The notes beneath the pieces are model-generated. The model ran no database searches. It was not told the origin of the DNA and worked only from the letters and a program-made list of their open reading frames with translations. The position numbers were made by a program, and so were the translations under genes. This document shows, in pieces, positions 1-10,097 of a stretch of 64,000 bases of DNA; the first letter of the stretch is position 1, and each line of letters opens with the position of its first letter. The DNA comes from Opitutia bacterium (GTDB taxonomy: Bacteria; Verrucomicrobiota; Verrucomicrobiia; Opitutales; T3Sed10-336). Location: the NCBI GenBank assembly GCA_050506795.1, contig JBJHCF010000013.1, positions 1-64,000 on the forward strand. Direction: 5' to 3'.

Positions 1-96
1 AAGTTTAATCCGTTCTGGATTGCCGGTTTAGCTGTCGTCGATCTGGCTCTTCGCCCAGGGTCCGATGTGGGCGGCATCTACGATGGAGGTGAAAAT

Positions 97-119
97 GTCG
101 GGCTGAAGCACCGACCTAC
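97..119 (-). repeat. GTAG-type REP-like hairpin
   Basis: Minus strand reads GTAG-GTCGG-T-GCT-TC-AGC-CCGAC; same architecture as copies at 3698, 18172 and 20804. Confidence 0.55.
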
Positions 120-152
120 ATTTATTCCACCGAACTGACTTCGACGCTTCTG

Positions 153-698
153 TCAGGCGCGCAGCTCGACTTGTGATGGAAAGTTGGGGCAGAGTTTGGA
201 GGCGGGGGAGGGGGAGGCTTTGGCGGCGAGATAGAAGGTCATCGCGCCGGATTCGGCGCAATGCCAGACCTCGGCCGCTCCGGCATCGAAATATAGGGCG
301 GTCTTCTCGCGCATTTCGGCATCGGTGTTTCCCGGGGAGATGACTTCGACGCAGATTTCCGGGGAGCGGGGAAAACACGGAAGCTCGCCCAGTTCTCGCA
401 GGCGCTCCGACGAGGCCCAGGCCACGTCGGCGACCTTCACACCGTCGGCGGTGGAGATGGGGCACTCGGTGAGGACACTGCCGTTGGGCAGGTTCTCTCG
501 TAAGACGGAGGCGATCTCAGCCTGAAATCTGCCATGGCGGGGTGCTGGAGGGGGACTCATGATGATGTGACCGTAACGGTCGGTTTCGATCCGCCCGTCG
601 ATTCGAGCGAGCTCGGAATCGGCCAGCAACTCGGTCCAGCGGCGGAGATTGAATTCCCCCTGGTCCCGACGCGGCGGCAGTTCGATGGTCAGCGTCAT
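153..698 (-). CDS. Uma2/DUF820 family putative endonuclease
   Basis: MTLTIELPP start inside ORF 153..1193; IIMSPPP..H, KVADVAW and PEICVEVISPGN..K..YFDAGAAEVW motifs. Confidence 0.85.
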   Translation of the reverse strand: MTLTIELPPRRDQGEFNLRRWTELLADSELARIDGRIETDRYGHIIMSPPPAPRHGRFQAEIASVLRENLPNGSVLTECPISTADGVKVADVAWASSERLRELGELPCFPRSPEICVEVISPGNTDAEMREKTALYFDAGAAEVWHCAESGAMTFYLAAKASPSPASKLCPNFPSQVELRA

Positions 699-769
699 GG
701 GATCACCATAGCGCTGAGTTCCCGCGGTCGTCAACTGCTGGAAAAGGGAAGCCCGAAACGCTGGAAGGG

Positions 770-3499
770 TCACTTCTTTTCCCGGTCGTGCAACGTTTCC
801 TTCTGGAGGCGGGCTACGGCGTTGTGCAGGGCGTTGACAATGCGTTCGTGGCGGGTGTCGCCTTTTCCTTCCTCGGCCAGTTGGTCGGGGTCCAGCGGTT
901 GGCCGATGCGGACCACGATTCTGCCCGGGCGGGGCAGGCGCCGGCCGGGCGGCAGCGATGCGTAGGTGCCCTCGATGTGTACCGGCAGGACCGGAGCTTT
1001 GTGGTGTTCCAGAATCAAACCGAGACCGGGGCGGAACGTTTCGAGTTCGCCGTTCGGTGAGCGCCGTCCCTCCGGAAACCAAACCAGCGGTCGGCCTCGC
1101 TGCAGCACGGCGGCGCCGAATGCGAGGCTGGACAGGGGCCCTCGTTGGGGATCGATCGGCACGACCTGACCCAGGCGACTGAGAGCGCCCCAAAAACGGT
1201 TCTTGAAAAGGGCCGCCGTCAATCCCGCCCAGAAAAAGGTGCGGATGGTCCGAAAATCGAGGGCGGCGATGAGTGCCGGTCCGTCGAGGTAACTCGTGTG
1301 GTTCGGGGTCAGAACATAGGGGCCGGTGTCGGGGAGATTCTCCCGGCCGTGCAGTTCGATCCGGAAAAGCATGCGCATGAAGATCTCGTGCACAAGGTAG
1401 AGGGGGCGGCCGAGGATTGCGTGGAAGCGGGTGCGGGGTTTGATCCAGCGGCGGTCTTTTTCGCTCAGGACCGATTCAGGGTCTTTCAGGGCGCGCCGGG
1501 ATTCTGCCTCGCTGGCAGCGCCACTGTCGGCGGCCGCCTCCAGAAGGTCGTGCACGGTTTTCGCCTTTTCCATGATGTCTTCACCGAGCGAAATGCCGAG
1601 ACGCTCCTCAATCGTTCCGGTGAGTTCGACCCATTCCATGGAGTCGATCCCAAGATTGGTATCGAGGCGGGACTCCGGTTCCAACCGGTGGTCGGAGTAA
1701 CGTTCCGCGAGGAATTGCCACAATTTCCTGGCGCGTTCGTTGTCGAGCAGACTTTGATCCTCCGTCGACATTTCATCGATCTGGATGGCTCCGGTGCGCG
1801 GGGTGTCGCCTTTATCCTTCCCTTCGGATTCGTACCATTCGACCAGTTCATGACGGCGAATCTTGCCGAGTCGGGTGCGGGGAAGGGCTTTCGAAGTCAG
1901 TTTAAAATCGGACAAGCGCTGGTAGGAGGGCAGGTCTTCGCGCAGGCGTTCCAGTGCTTCTTCCACCCGCTTCCTTGCCTGGTCGGCGGGAATTTTTTCG
2001 TTGGGAACAAGCAGGGCCACGAGTTTTCCCTCCCGCTGGAAGATGCCGGCTTCATCGATTTCGTCGCATTCGGCGTAGATCTCTTCGAGCGTTTCGGGGG
2101 CGAGGTTTTCGCCCCCTTCCAGGACCAGCATGGTGGAAATGCGTCCTTCCACCCGCAGGTAGCCGTCATCGTCCAACCGGCCGAGATCGCCGGTGCGGAA
2201 CCATTTGTCGGAGATGGCCTCTTCGGTCTCTTCGGGCAGGTTGTGATACCCGGAAAAAACGCCCGGACCGCGGGCGAGAATCTCACCGGGTTGCGGCCCG
2301 TCGCTATCCTGATCGGATCGATCCTCGCCGCCGGGGGCTGCCGATGGATCGATTTTCAGTTCGGTGCCGTTGACCGGGCGTCCGACCGTCTCGAAACGCG
2401 AGTCTCCCGGGCGCAGAATGGTGAGGAGGGGGGAGGTTTCGGTGAGCCCGTATCCGATCGCCACCTGCCAGCCGAAAGCTTCCAGTTGACGCGCCAGGTT
2501 CGGATCGAGCGGCGAACCGCCCGAAGCCATGAGGCGCACCCGGCCGCCGAGGCGGCGATGAAGGGATCCGAAGAGGTAGCGGCCGAGGCGGAGCCCGAGT
2601 GTTTTCCGGGCCGTGAGGCTGACGGCCAGGGCGGCCCGGAACAGGAGTCGGGTCGCGATGCCGCCGTGCAGGGCCTTTTGTTTGATGCCGTCAACCAAAG
2701 CCCGGTGCAGGCGGGGCACACCGACGATCACGGACGCCTCGCTTTCGCGGACGGCGCGCGCAAGCTGGGGGCCGGTGAGGGCGGCGGGCAGGACGAGCGG
2801 CAGGCCGAGGTGGAGGGGCGCGAGCGTTCCGCAAACAAAAGGATAGACATGGTGGAGGGGGAGGGGAAGGACGAGCCGGTCGCCTTTTTGAATTAATCGG
2901 TTTTCCAGGAGAACCTCAAACTGATACGCCACGTTCCCCCTTGAAAGCGGAACGCCTTTCGGCGGGCCCGTGGTGCCTGAAGTGTAGAAGATCACCGCGC
3001 GAGCATCGGGAGACGCCTCCTCCACGCCGGCCGCCTCCTTGCCTAGGATTCCGCGCCAGCTGTCCTCTCCCTTTTCCTGGTCGAGGCGGAGGATCCGCGG
3101 CTTGTCGTCCAAATCCAGTTTCCCGATACGGCGCGCCCCGCGTTCGTCGGTGAACAGGCGGGTCGCTCCGCAGTCGCGCAGAGCGTGCCGCAACGGCTTG
3201 TCGGCCATCTGCGCGTCGATCGGCACCACCACACCTTCGGCGCGGAGAATGCCGAGGGCGACCGCGATGTAGGCGGCGGATGGGGGCGCCAGCAGCGCGA
3301 CCGATTCTTCGCGGGAAAGACCGTCGCCTCGTAGGCCTGAAGCGAGCCGCCCCACCAACTCGTCGAGTTCTCCGAACGACCACTGTTCTACATCCTCTGC
3401 TCCGAAGGCGAACAGGGCGGGCGCATCGCCGGTTTCACCGAGACATGACAGGGCCGCGCCCGCCGTGGCAAAGTTTGATTTCTGATCGTTTTCAGACAT
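770..3499 (-). CDS. AMP-dependent long-chain acyl ligase fused to acyl carrier (PP-binding) and PlsC-type acyltransferase domains
   Basis: YTSGTTGPPKG, GYGLTE and RTGDLG (AMP-binding); LGIDSM (ACP Ser); NHTSYLD and FPEG (acyltransferase); start taken as MSENDQ. Confidence 0.85.
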   Translation of the reverse strand: MSENDQKSNFATAGAALSCLGETGDAPALFAFGAEDVEQWSFGELDELVGRLASGLRGDGLSREESVALLAPPSAAYIAVALGILRAEGVVVPIDAQMADKPLRHALRDCGATRLFTDERGARRIGKLDLDDKPRILRLDQEKGEDSWRGILGKEAAGVEEASPDARAVIFYTSGTTGPPKGVPLSRGNVAYQFEVLLENRLIQKGDRLVLPLPLHHVYPFVCGTLAPLHLGLPLVLPAALTGPQLARAVRESEASVIVGVPRLHRALVDGIKQKALHGGIATRLLFRAALAVSLTARKTLGLRLGRYLFGSLHRRLGGRVRLMASGGSPLDPNLARQLEAFGWQVAIGYGLTETSPLLTILRPGDSRFETVGRPVNGTELKIDPSAAPGGEDRSDQDSDGPQPGEILARGPGVFSGYHNLPEETEEAISDKWFRTGDLGRLDDDGYLRVEGRISTMLVLEGGENLAPETLEEIYAECDEIDEAGIFQREGKLVALLVPNEKIPADQARKRVEEALERLREDLPSYQRLSDFKLTSKALPRTRLGKIRRHELVEWYESEGKDKGDTPRTGAIQIDEMSTEDQSLLDNERARKLWQFLAERYSDHRLEPESRLDTNLGIDSMEWVELTGTIEERLGISLGEDIMEKAKTVHDLLEAAADSGAASEAESRRALKDPESVLSEKDRRWIKPRTRFHAILGRPLYLVHEIFMRMLFRIELHGRENLPDTGPYVLTPNHTSYLDGPALIAALDFRTIRTFFWAGLTAALFKNRFWGALSRLGQVVPIDPQRGPLSSLAFGAAVLQRGRPLVWFPEGRRSPNGELETFRPGLGLILEHHKAPVLPVHIEGTYASLPPGRRLPRPGRIVVRIGQPLDPDQLAEEGKGDTRHERIVNALHNAVARLQKETLHDREKK

Positions 3500-3697
3500 A
3501 CGGATTTTCTCCCGAAGGGTCGTTGTCGCACGATACAAATACAATCATCGGCGCGCTGGGTCAAGCACTCAGCCCCGGAACTCCTTATCCCCGTGACGTT
3601 TGATTGCCCCCCGTCGCCCCTGCTGAGCCGCCAGGCGAAGTCCCGGCCCTCCGGGATCCCCGGGCTGGCGCCTCACTGTTTTCGGTCGGTTCCAAGA

Positions 3698-3719
3698 GCC
3701 GGCTAAAGCACGGCACTAC
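3698..3719 (-). repeat. GTAG-type REP-like hairpin
   Basis: Minus strand GTAGTGCCGTGCTTTAGCCGGC, 21/22 identical to 20804..20825. Confidence 0.7.
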
Positions 3720-3824
3720 GGTTTTTGTCCTTCGCCCTCTCGCCCCTTCGCCGACTCTCCTCTTCCTTTCCCCGCGCCCCACGTCCCACCTGCCTCGCCC
3801 CTCCCGGCTCGCCGCTCGCCCCCC

Positions 3825-4313
3825 TCAATACACGATCAATTTCAGTCGCGCTGAGGGGCGTGACCAGCGGCGGGCGAGGTCACGGATGAAGGCGATGGCT
3901 TCGCCGTACTCGCGGCGGGATCGTCGGGTCCAACGACGGCCGCGCGGGCAAACAGCTTCGGCGAGGTTGGTGACGAGCAGGGTCGCCTGCGGTTCGGAGG
4001 CCAGTCGCTTGAGGATGCCGATCAATTCGCTGCGCGCCCAGAGCGGGGAGAATCCGTCGGGGCAGGTGCCGGCATCCCAGTGCGCGAATCCCTCGCGGGA
4101 GGCTGGCAGCGTTTCCCGGAGACGGAGAACGGCGTCGCGGAAATCTTCGAACGAATCCGCGGTTCCGGGTCCGTCGTCTCCGCTTTTACGTGATGCCGCG
4201 GCGCCTTCGACGGCGCGGCGGATCTGGTCGGCGAAGTAAAGATCGTTGCCGGTGATTTCCGGAAAAACGCTATTGATGAAGTAGAGTTTTTTGAGGTTTT
4301 CCCTGGATTTCAT
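3825..4313 (-). CDS. Hypothetical protein translationally coupled to nrdR
   Basis: 162-aa ORF whose ATG overlaps the nrdR stop (ATGA). Confidence 0.7.
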   Translation of the reverse strand: MKSRENLKKLYFINSVFPEITGNDLYFADQIRRAVEGAAASRKSGDDGPGTADSFEDFRDAVLRLRETLPASREGFAHWDAGTCPDGFSPLWARSELIGILKRLASEPQATLLVTNLAEAVCPRGRRWTRRSRREYGEAIAFIRDLARRWSRPSARLKLIVY

Positions 4314-4771
4314 GGAACCGGGTTTTCCTCGATTCGCCGGAGTTCGTCGGCAAAGTCGGCCACGTCGTGAAAATCCTTATACACACTGGCAAACCGGACG
4401 TAGGCGACTTTGTCTATCGGCTTCAGTTTTTCCATGACGATCTCGCCGATTGCCTGGCTGGGGATCTCCACGCCGAAGCGGGCTTCCAGCACGGCCATGA
4501 GATCGGACGTGATCATGTTGAGTTGCTCCGGATCCACCGGGCGTTTCTCGCAGGCTTTGCGCAAACCGGACAGGATTTTGTCGCGGTCGAAATCCTCACG
4601 CGAGCCGTCCCGTTTGATTACAAACAGTTCCTCGTGCAGAATTTCCTCGGCCGTCGTGAAGCGGTGCCCACAGGCCAGGCACTCCCGCCGGCGCCGAATG
4701 ACGCTGCCGTCACGGCTGATACGGGAATCGATGACCTTGTCTTCGGTGGATGAGCAGCGGACGCAACGCAT
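4310..4771 (-). CDS. nrdR: Transcriptional repressor NrdR
   Basis: CxxC..DSR..RRRRECxxC..RFTT zinc ribbon, ATP cone, VAYVRFASVY. Confidence 0.96.
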   Translation of the reverse strand: MRCVRCSSTEDKVIDSRISRDGSVIRRRRECLACGHRFTTAEEILHEELFVIKRDGSREDFDRDKILSGLRKACEKRPVDPEQLNMITSDLMAVLEARFGVEIPSQAIGEIVMEKLKPIDKVAYVRFASVYKDFHDVADFADELRRIEENPVP

Positions 4772-4792
4772 GAGGATCGTTCGGCTTGATGG

Positions 4793-5356
4793 CTAGAGTT
4801 TGAGAAAATTTCTCAGCATCAGCATGCCGTGTTCGGTGGCCAGGGATTCGGGGTGGAACTGGACGCCCCACACAGGAAGCGACTTGTGCCGCAGGCCCAT
4901 GATTTCGCCCTCGGCGGTGCGTGCCGTGACCTCGAGGCAATCGGGGAGGCTGTCGTTCTCCACGATGAGCGAATGGTAGCGGGTGGCCTCGAAGGGGGAA
5001 GGGATATCCTGAAAGATCTCTCGTTCGTCGTGCTCGATGGGGGAGGTTTTTCCGTGCATCAAACGCGAGGCGCGCACCACCCGGCCGCCAAAATGCTGGC
5101 CGATGCACTGGTGCCCTAGACAGACCCCGAAAAGCGGCTTTTTGCCGGCGAAGGCTTCGATAAGCGCCAGGCTGACGCCCGCCTCGTTGGGCGAACAGGG
5201 GCCCGGGGAAACGAGCACGTGATCCGGGTCGAGCGCCACAGCCTCCTCGGCCGAGATTTCGTCGTTGCGGTAAATCTTTTGATCGATCCCGATTTCGCCG
5301 AAATACTGAACAAGATTGTAAGTAAAGGAATCGAAGTTATCGATTACGAGCAGCAT
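4793..5356 (-). CDS. trpG: Anthranilate/aminodeoxychorismate synthase component II (glutamine amidotransferase)
   Basis: [33 protein letters not shown]; trpG versus pabA cannot be resolved. Confidence 0.88.
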   Translation of the reverse strand: MLLVIDNFDSFTYNLVQYFGEIGIDQKIYRNDEISAEEAVALDPDHVLVSPGPCSPNEAGVSLALIEAFAGKKPLFGVCLGHQCIGQHFGGRVVRASRLMHGKTSPIEHDEREIFQDIPSPFEATRYHSLIVENDSLPDCLEVTARTAEGEIMGLRHKSLPVWGVQFHPESLATEHGMLMLRNFLKL

Positions 5357-5489
5357 AGGATCGAAGAGCGCGGTGGCGAGGAAATGGACCCGTTGGGAGA
5401 GGTTTCCGGTGGGCGATTGTATAAATAATTGATATTGCGTTGAATTGGAAAAGGATTGAGCCGATTCTGGCAAACCTAATTGTAAGGGC

Positions 5490-6629
5490 ATGTCCGCGCA
5501 ATTTCAACTTCTCGCCACCGACCCGGACGGCCTCGCCCGCCGTGGGCGCCTGGTGACCGCTCATGGGGCGGTGGAAACTCCGGTGTTTATGCCGGTGGGC
5601 ACCCAGGCCACCGTCAAGGCGACGACTCCGGCCCAACTCAAGGAGGTTGGCACCCAAATTCTCCTGGGCAACACCTACCACCTCCACCTGCGGCCGGGAT
5701 CGGATCTGATTCGCGATCTGGGCGGCCTGCACCGTTTCATGGGTTGGGACGGGCCGATTCTTACCGACAGCGGCGGTTTTCAGGTGTTCAGCCTGGCCAA
5801 GACCCGGAAGATTCTGGAGGAGGGAATTGCCTTTCAGTCTCACCTGGACGGAAAAAAGATTTTCCTGGGTCCGGCGGAAGCGATCCGGATCCAGGATGAA
5901 TTGGGGTCGGATATCGCCATGGTGTTGGACGAGTGTCCACCTTATCCCTGCGAAGAGATGGCGGCGCGAAAGGCGGTGGAACGAACCGTGCGCTGGGCGG
6001 AGGCCTGTCTGCGCGAGGCCGAGGCCCGGGATTTTTTCGCCGGCGGACGCATGCTCTTTGCCATCGTCCAGGGATCAAGCTACCCGGATTTGCGGCGCGA
6101 ATGTGCCGAGCGCCTGGCGGCCATGCCGTTCCCGGGGTACGCGGTGGGCGGCGTCAGCGTCGGAGAACCGGAAGAGGAGATGATTCGGCAGGTGACGGCC
6201 TCGGTGCCGGCCCTGCCCGCCGATAAGCCGCGGTACGCCATGGGTTTGGGCACTCCGCCCCAGATCCTGCGGATGATCGCGGAGGGGATTGATATGTTTG
6301 ACTGTGTTATGCCCACGCGGCTGGCGCGTCACGGGTCCGCCTTCACGCCCGATGGCGTGGTCAATCTGCGCAATGAAGCCTTTCGCCGCGACAGCCGGCC
6401 CCTGGTCGAGGGTGCCGACAACTACACGTGCCGTCACTTCTCCCGCGCCTACCTGCGACACCTGTTGACCGCGGGCGAGTTGCTGGCCAGCACCCTTCTC
6501 AGTTTGCACAATATCCATTTCTTCCTTGAACTGACCCGCAACGCCCGCGACCACATCGAGCGGGGGGATTTTTCGGCGTGGAGTCGTGAATGGATCGCCC
6601 GCTACGAGCGGGGTATGGCACTTGGTTAA
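5490..6629 (+). CDS. tgt: tRNA-guanine transglycosylase
   Basis: [37 protein letters not shown] motifs. Confidence 0.97.
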   Translation: MSAQFQLLATDPDGLARRGRLVTAHGAVETPVFMPVGTQATVKATTPAQLKEVGTQILLGNTYHLHLRPGSDLIRDLGGLHRFMGWDGPILTDSGGFQVFSLAKTRKILEEGIAFQSHLDGKKIFLGPAEAIRIQDELGSDIAMVLDECPPYPCEEMAARKAVERTVRWAEACLREAEARDFFAGGRMLFAIVQGSSYPDLRRECAERLAAMPFPGYAVGGVSVGEPEEEMIRQVTASVPALPADKPRYAMGLGTPPQILRMIAEGIDMFDCVMPTRLARHGSAFTPDGVVNLRNEAFRRDSRPLVEGADNYTCRHFSRAYLRHLLTAGELLASTLLSLHNIHFFLELTRNARDHIERGDFSAWSREWIARYERGMALG

Positions 6630-6757
6630 GGCGGTGGATCGAAGGAGCTTGGCTTAATCGCATCGGCCGTTCCCCTGGAGGGCCATGCTCCCGCATGGCC
6701 GCCGGCTTGAGAGCGCGGGCATACTACCCGCACCGGCAGCGCGGGAGCGCGGCCCTC
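6613..6757 (+). mobile_element. Partial copy (one end plus hairpin cargo) of the IS4-like MITE
   Basis: First 58 nt are 51/58 identical to the reverse complement of 52691..52748, and similarity continues through the internal hairpins. Confidence 0.8.
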
Positions 6758-6944
6758 GTGCCACCTGATTTGCAAGACTTGACTCAACTACAATAACATT
6801 TCGTGTTTTAGGACTTTGGTTACGCCACTCCGGGAGATCCGGGGAGCTGTTTGCGGTGAAAACGGGCAACAATCGGCAATCCGAATTGTCCATTGCCATG
6901 ACCGCCCGGATTTGCGTTATTGTAGTTTCAGGTATCGACGAATC

Positions 6945-9902
6945 ATGATTTCCAGTATTCTCAAGAAGTTTTCCGGACGCCAGCATCGGCGTTTTCTCAA
7001 GGAGGCCGCTCCGGTGGTCGAAAAAATCAACCGATTGGAGGAGACCTACCGGGGATTGTCTGAGGACGCCATCCGCGGCAAGACCGCTGAGTTCCGGAAG
7101 CGCATCGCTCAGGGAGAAAGCGTTGACGATCTCTTGCCGGAGGCATTCGCCACGGTGAAAAACGCCGCTCGGCGCATGGTCGGCCGCAAGATCACGGTGA
7201 CCGAGCACGAGCTGACCTGGGATATGGTGCATTTCGACGTGCAGCTCATCGGCGGGTACGCCCTGCACCATGGCCGCATCGCGGAGATGGCGACCGGTGA
7301 GGGCAAAACTTTGGTCGCCACGCTTCCGCTCTATCTCAACGCGTTGACCGGAAAGAACTGTCAGCTTGTGACGGTTAACGACTACCTCGCCCGTCGCGAC
7401 TCCGAGTGGATGGGGCACTTGTACACCTATTTGGGTCTCACGGTAGGCTGCATTCAGAACGCCATGCCTCCCAAGGAGCGGCAGGAAATGTACGGCCGCG
7501 ACATCACTTACGGAACCGCTTCGGAGTTTGGTTTCGATTACCTGCGCGACAACGGCATGGCCACCCGCAAGGATGACCAGGTGCAGCGCGACCACTATTT
7601 CGTGATCGTGGACGAGGTCGACTCCATCCTGATCGACGAGGCCCGGACGCCCCTCATCATTTCCGGACCCGCTCCGGTGGATCGGCAGCGTCCCTTCGTG
7701 GAGCACCGGGATGCGGTAGCCCGCCTGGTGAACGCCCAAACCTCGCTCTGCAATCGCTTTATTTCTGAAGCCAAGGAGGAATTGGAAAAGGAGGGCGGCG
7801 ACGAGCGGACTGCTGCCCTAAAGATGCTCCAGGTCAAGCAGGGCATGCCGAAGAACAAACAGTTGCTCCGGCTTATGGAGATCCCCGAATACCGCCGCCT
7901 GCTCGACAAGATCGACCTGGAGATGAGCGGAGACTTCAATAAGAAGGTGATGTTCACGCTCAAGGAGGAACTGTTCTACATCATCGACGAAAAGCAACAC
8001 CAGGCCGACCTGACGGAGAAGGGGCGGGAACACCTTCGGCCGGACAATCCCGACGCCTTTGTCATGCCGGACCTGCCCAGTCGGCATATGGAAATCGATG
8101 CCTCCAGCGAGAGCCCGGAGAACAAGGAAAAGCTGAAAGCCGAGGCGCAGGAGGCGTTTGAAAAGATCAGCGAGGACATCCATGTGATCAGCCAGTTGCT
8201 GCGGGCGTATTCCCTCTATGAACGGGATGTGGAATACGTGGTGCAGGAGGGTAAGGTGATGATCGTCGACGAGAACACCGGCCGACTGATGCCGGGTCGC
8301 CGTTGGGGCGACGGGCTGCACCAGGCGGTGGAGGCCAAGGAAAAGGTCACCATCGAAAAGGAGACCCGTACGTTCGCCACGATAACCATTCAGAACTACT
8401 TCCGGCTTTATACCAAACTCAGCGGAATGACAGGTACGGCCGAAACCGAGGCCACCGAGTTTTTTGACATTTACAAGATGAAGGTGGTGACCATCCCACC
8501 GAATAAGCCCTGCCAGCGGATCGATCTCAACGATGTGATCTATAAGACCCGCCGGGAGAAGTACAATGCCGTCATGGCGGACATCAAGGAAGCTCACGGT
8601 CAGGGGCAGCCGGTGCTGGTGGGCACAGCATCGGTCGATTCCTCCGAATTGCTCGACCGCATGCTGCGTCGCGCCAACATCCCGCACAACGTTCTCAACG
8701 CGAAATTCCACCAGCAGGAAGCCGAAATCGTCTCGCGCGCGGGCATGCGCGGCGCGGTGACCATTGCCACCAACATGGCGGGACGCGGTACCGACATCAA
8801 GCTGGGCGAAGGGGTCAAGGACCTGGGCGGTCTGCTCGTGCTGGGTACCGAACGCCACGAATCACGCCGCATTGACCGGCAGCTGCGAGGCCGCTGCGCG
8901 CGGCAGGGCGACCCGGGCATGTCCAAGTTTTACGTTTCCCTGGAAGACGACCTGATGCGGCTTTTCGCCAATTCCGGCCCCATGGCGAAGATCATGGAGA
9001 AGGCCATGGGGGAAGGGGAGGATTTGCAACATCCGCTCCTCAATCGCTCCATCGAGTCGGCGCAAAAGAAGGTGGAGCAGCAGAACTACTCCATTCGCAA
9101 GCGCCTGCTGCAATATGACGACGTTCTCAGTCAGCAGCGTGAAGTGGTGTATGAGCTTCGCAATGACGCGCTGCACAGCGACGAGCCGGGCGGAATTGTT
9201 TTCGACATGATCGACGAAGAGCTGGCGGACCGCGCGGCGGAGGCCGGTTACGAAGGCAAAACACCGGCGCCGGCCGCCGAGCTGGAGCACCTTGTCGGTT
9301 GGGTCAATACCCACTTCCCCGTGGCACTGAAGGTTGAAGAGATCGACGGGAAGCCGGAGGAGGAGGCGTTGGGCTTGGTCAAGGAACGCATACGCAAGGC
9401 GTACGAAGTTAAGTGTTCGGTGGAGAATGCCGACGCGGTGACCATGCTCGAGCGATACGTCCTCCTGCGGGGTATCGATCGCAACTGGCAGCAGCACCTG
9501 ACCGAAATGGAGGAACTGCGGCGCAGCGTTGGATTGCGCGGGTACGGTCAGAAAGACCCGCTCATGGAGTACAAGGGAGAGGCCTACCGGTTCTTTGAAG
9601 AGTTGATGGATAACGTTCGCCGCGACATTTGCACCGGGCTTTTCCGTTCCGCGGTCAACATCCGTGCGTTCGAGAACATGCTGGCCAGTTTGTCGCGTAA
9701 CGCCCAGGCGCGGGGTCCCGGAGATACTCAGACGACGAGTGGGACCGGATCCTCCTCGGCCGCAGGCGGTCGCCGGGAAGTGAACCTTCCCAAGGTCACG
9801 GTAAAACGCGACGTGCCGAAAGTGGGCCGCAACGACCCCTGTCCCTGCGGAAGCGGAAAAAAGTACAAGAAATGTTGCGGCGCGGTTCAGGCGTCGACCT
9901 AG
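6945..9902 (+). CDS. secA: Preprotein translocase subunit SecA
   Basis: [38 protein letters not shown] and C-terminal [18 protein letters not shown]; start MISSILKK. Confidence 0.98.
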   Translation: MISSILKKFSGRQHRRFLKEAAPVVEKINRLEETYRGLSEDAIRGKTAEFRKRIAQGESVDDLLPEAFATVKNAARRMVGRKITVTEHELTWDMVHFDVQLIGGYALHHGRIAEMATGEGKTLVATLPLYLNALTGKNCQLVTVNDYLARRDSEWMGHLYTYLGLTVGCIQNAMPPKERQEMYGRDITYGTASEFGFDYLRDNGMATRKDDQVQRDHYFVIVDEVDSILIDEARTPLIISGPAPVDRQRPFVEHRDAVARLVNAQTSLCNRFISEAKEELEKEGGDERTAALKMLQVKQGMPKNKQLLRLMEIPEYRRLLDKIDLEMSGDFNKKVMFTLKEELFYIIDEKQHQADLTEKGREHLRPDNPDAFVMPDLPSRHMEIDASSESPENKEKLKAEAQEAFEKISEDIHVISQLLRAYSLYERDVEYVVQEGKVMIVDENTGRLMPGRRWGDGLHQAVEAKEKVTIEKETRTFATITIQNYFRLYTKLSGMTGTAETEATEFFDIYKMKVVTIPPNKPCQRIDLNDVIYKTRREKYNAVMADIKEAHGQGQPVLVGTASVDSSELLDRMLRRANIPHNVLNAKFHQQEAEIVSRAGMRGAVTIATNMAGRGTDIKLGEGVKDLGGLLVLGTERHESRRIDRQLRGRCARQGDPGMSKFYVSLEDDLMRLFANSGPMAKIMEKAMGEGEDLQHPLLNRSIESAQKKVEQQNYSIRKRLLQYDDVLSQQREVVYELRNDALHSDEPGGIVFDMIDEELADRAAEAGYEGKTPAPAAELEHLVGWVNTHFPVALKVEEIDGKPEEEALGLVKERIRKAYEVKCSVENADAVTMLERYVLLRGIDRNWQQHLTEMEELRRSVGLRGYGQKDPLMEYKGEAYRFFEELMDNVRRDICTGLFRSAVNIRAFENMLASLSRNAQARGPGDTQTTSGTGSSSAAGGRREVNLPKVTVKRDVPKVGRNDPCPCGSGKKYKKCCGAVQAST

Positions 9903-9964
9903 AGTCCTAAAACCGCGAAAATTGTTGCAGTTGAGTCAAGTTTTTTGAATGGATGCGAAAAAAA

Positions 9965-10027
9965 GTAGCTCACGCTTCCAGCGTGAGTTTTGCACGCAAG
10001 ATGCGTGCACTACTTCGGGTCTGAGGC
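9965..10027. repeat. Inverted REP doublet (GTAG...CTAC), copy 1
   Basis: GTAG-CTCACGCT-TCC-AGCGTGAG-TTT-TGCACGCA-AGA-TGCGTGCA-CTAC; 56/63 identical to 24040..24102. Confidence 0.8.
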
Positions 10028-10097
10028 TATGCCTCGCTACTAATCCGAGGGCGCGAACCACGGATTCCCGAGCGATGAGGGTTCATGGCGACACGGC

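Noticed and set aside
1..138. Open + strand frame at the window start
   Set aside because: Short and partial, runs through a REP hairpin, and has no recognisable motif
699..1193. N-terminal extensions of track ORFs (Uma2, trpG, secA, prfC, rplS, gamma-CA, GT4 and others)
   Set aside because: They overlap neighbours or repeats, and family similarity begins at downstream ATGs
1145..2896. Long antisense ORFs (also 10083..11597, 29686..31098, 33495..34778, 39275..41506 and others)
   Set aside because: Shadow frames opposite well-supported genes in GC-rich DNA, with no recognisable motifs
9965..10027. Palindromic repeats as a CRISPR array or tRNA
   Set aside because: No regular repeat-spacer periodicity, no cas genes, no cloverleaf or T-loop
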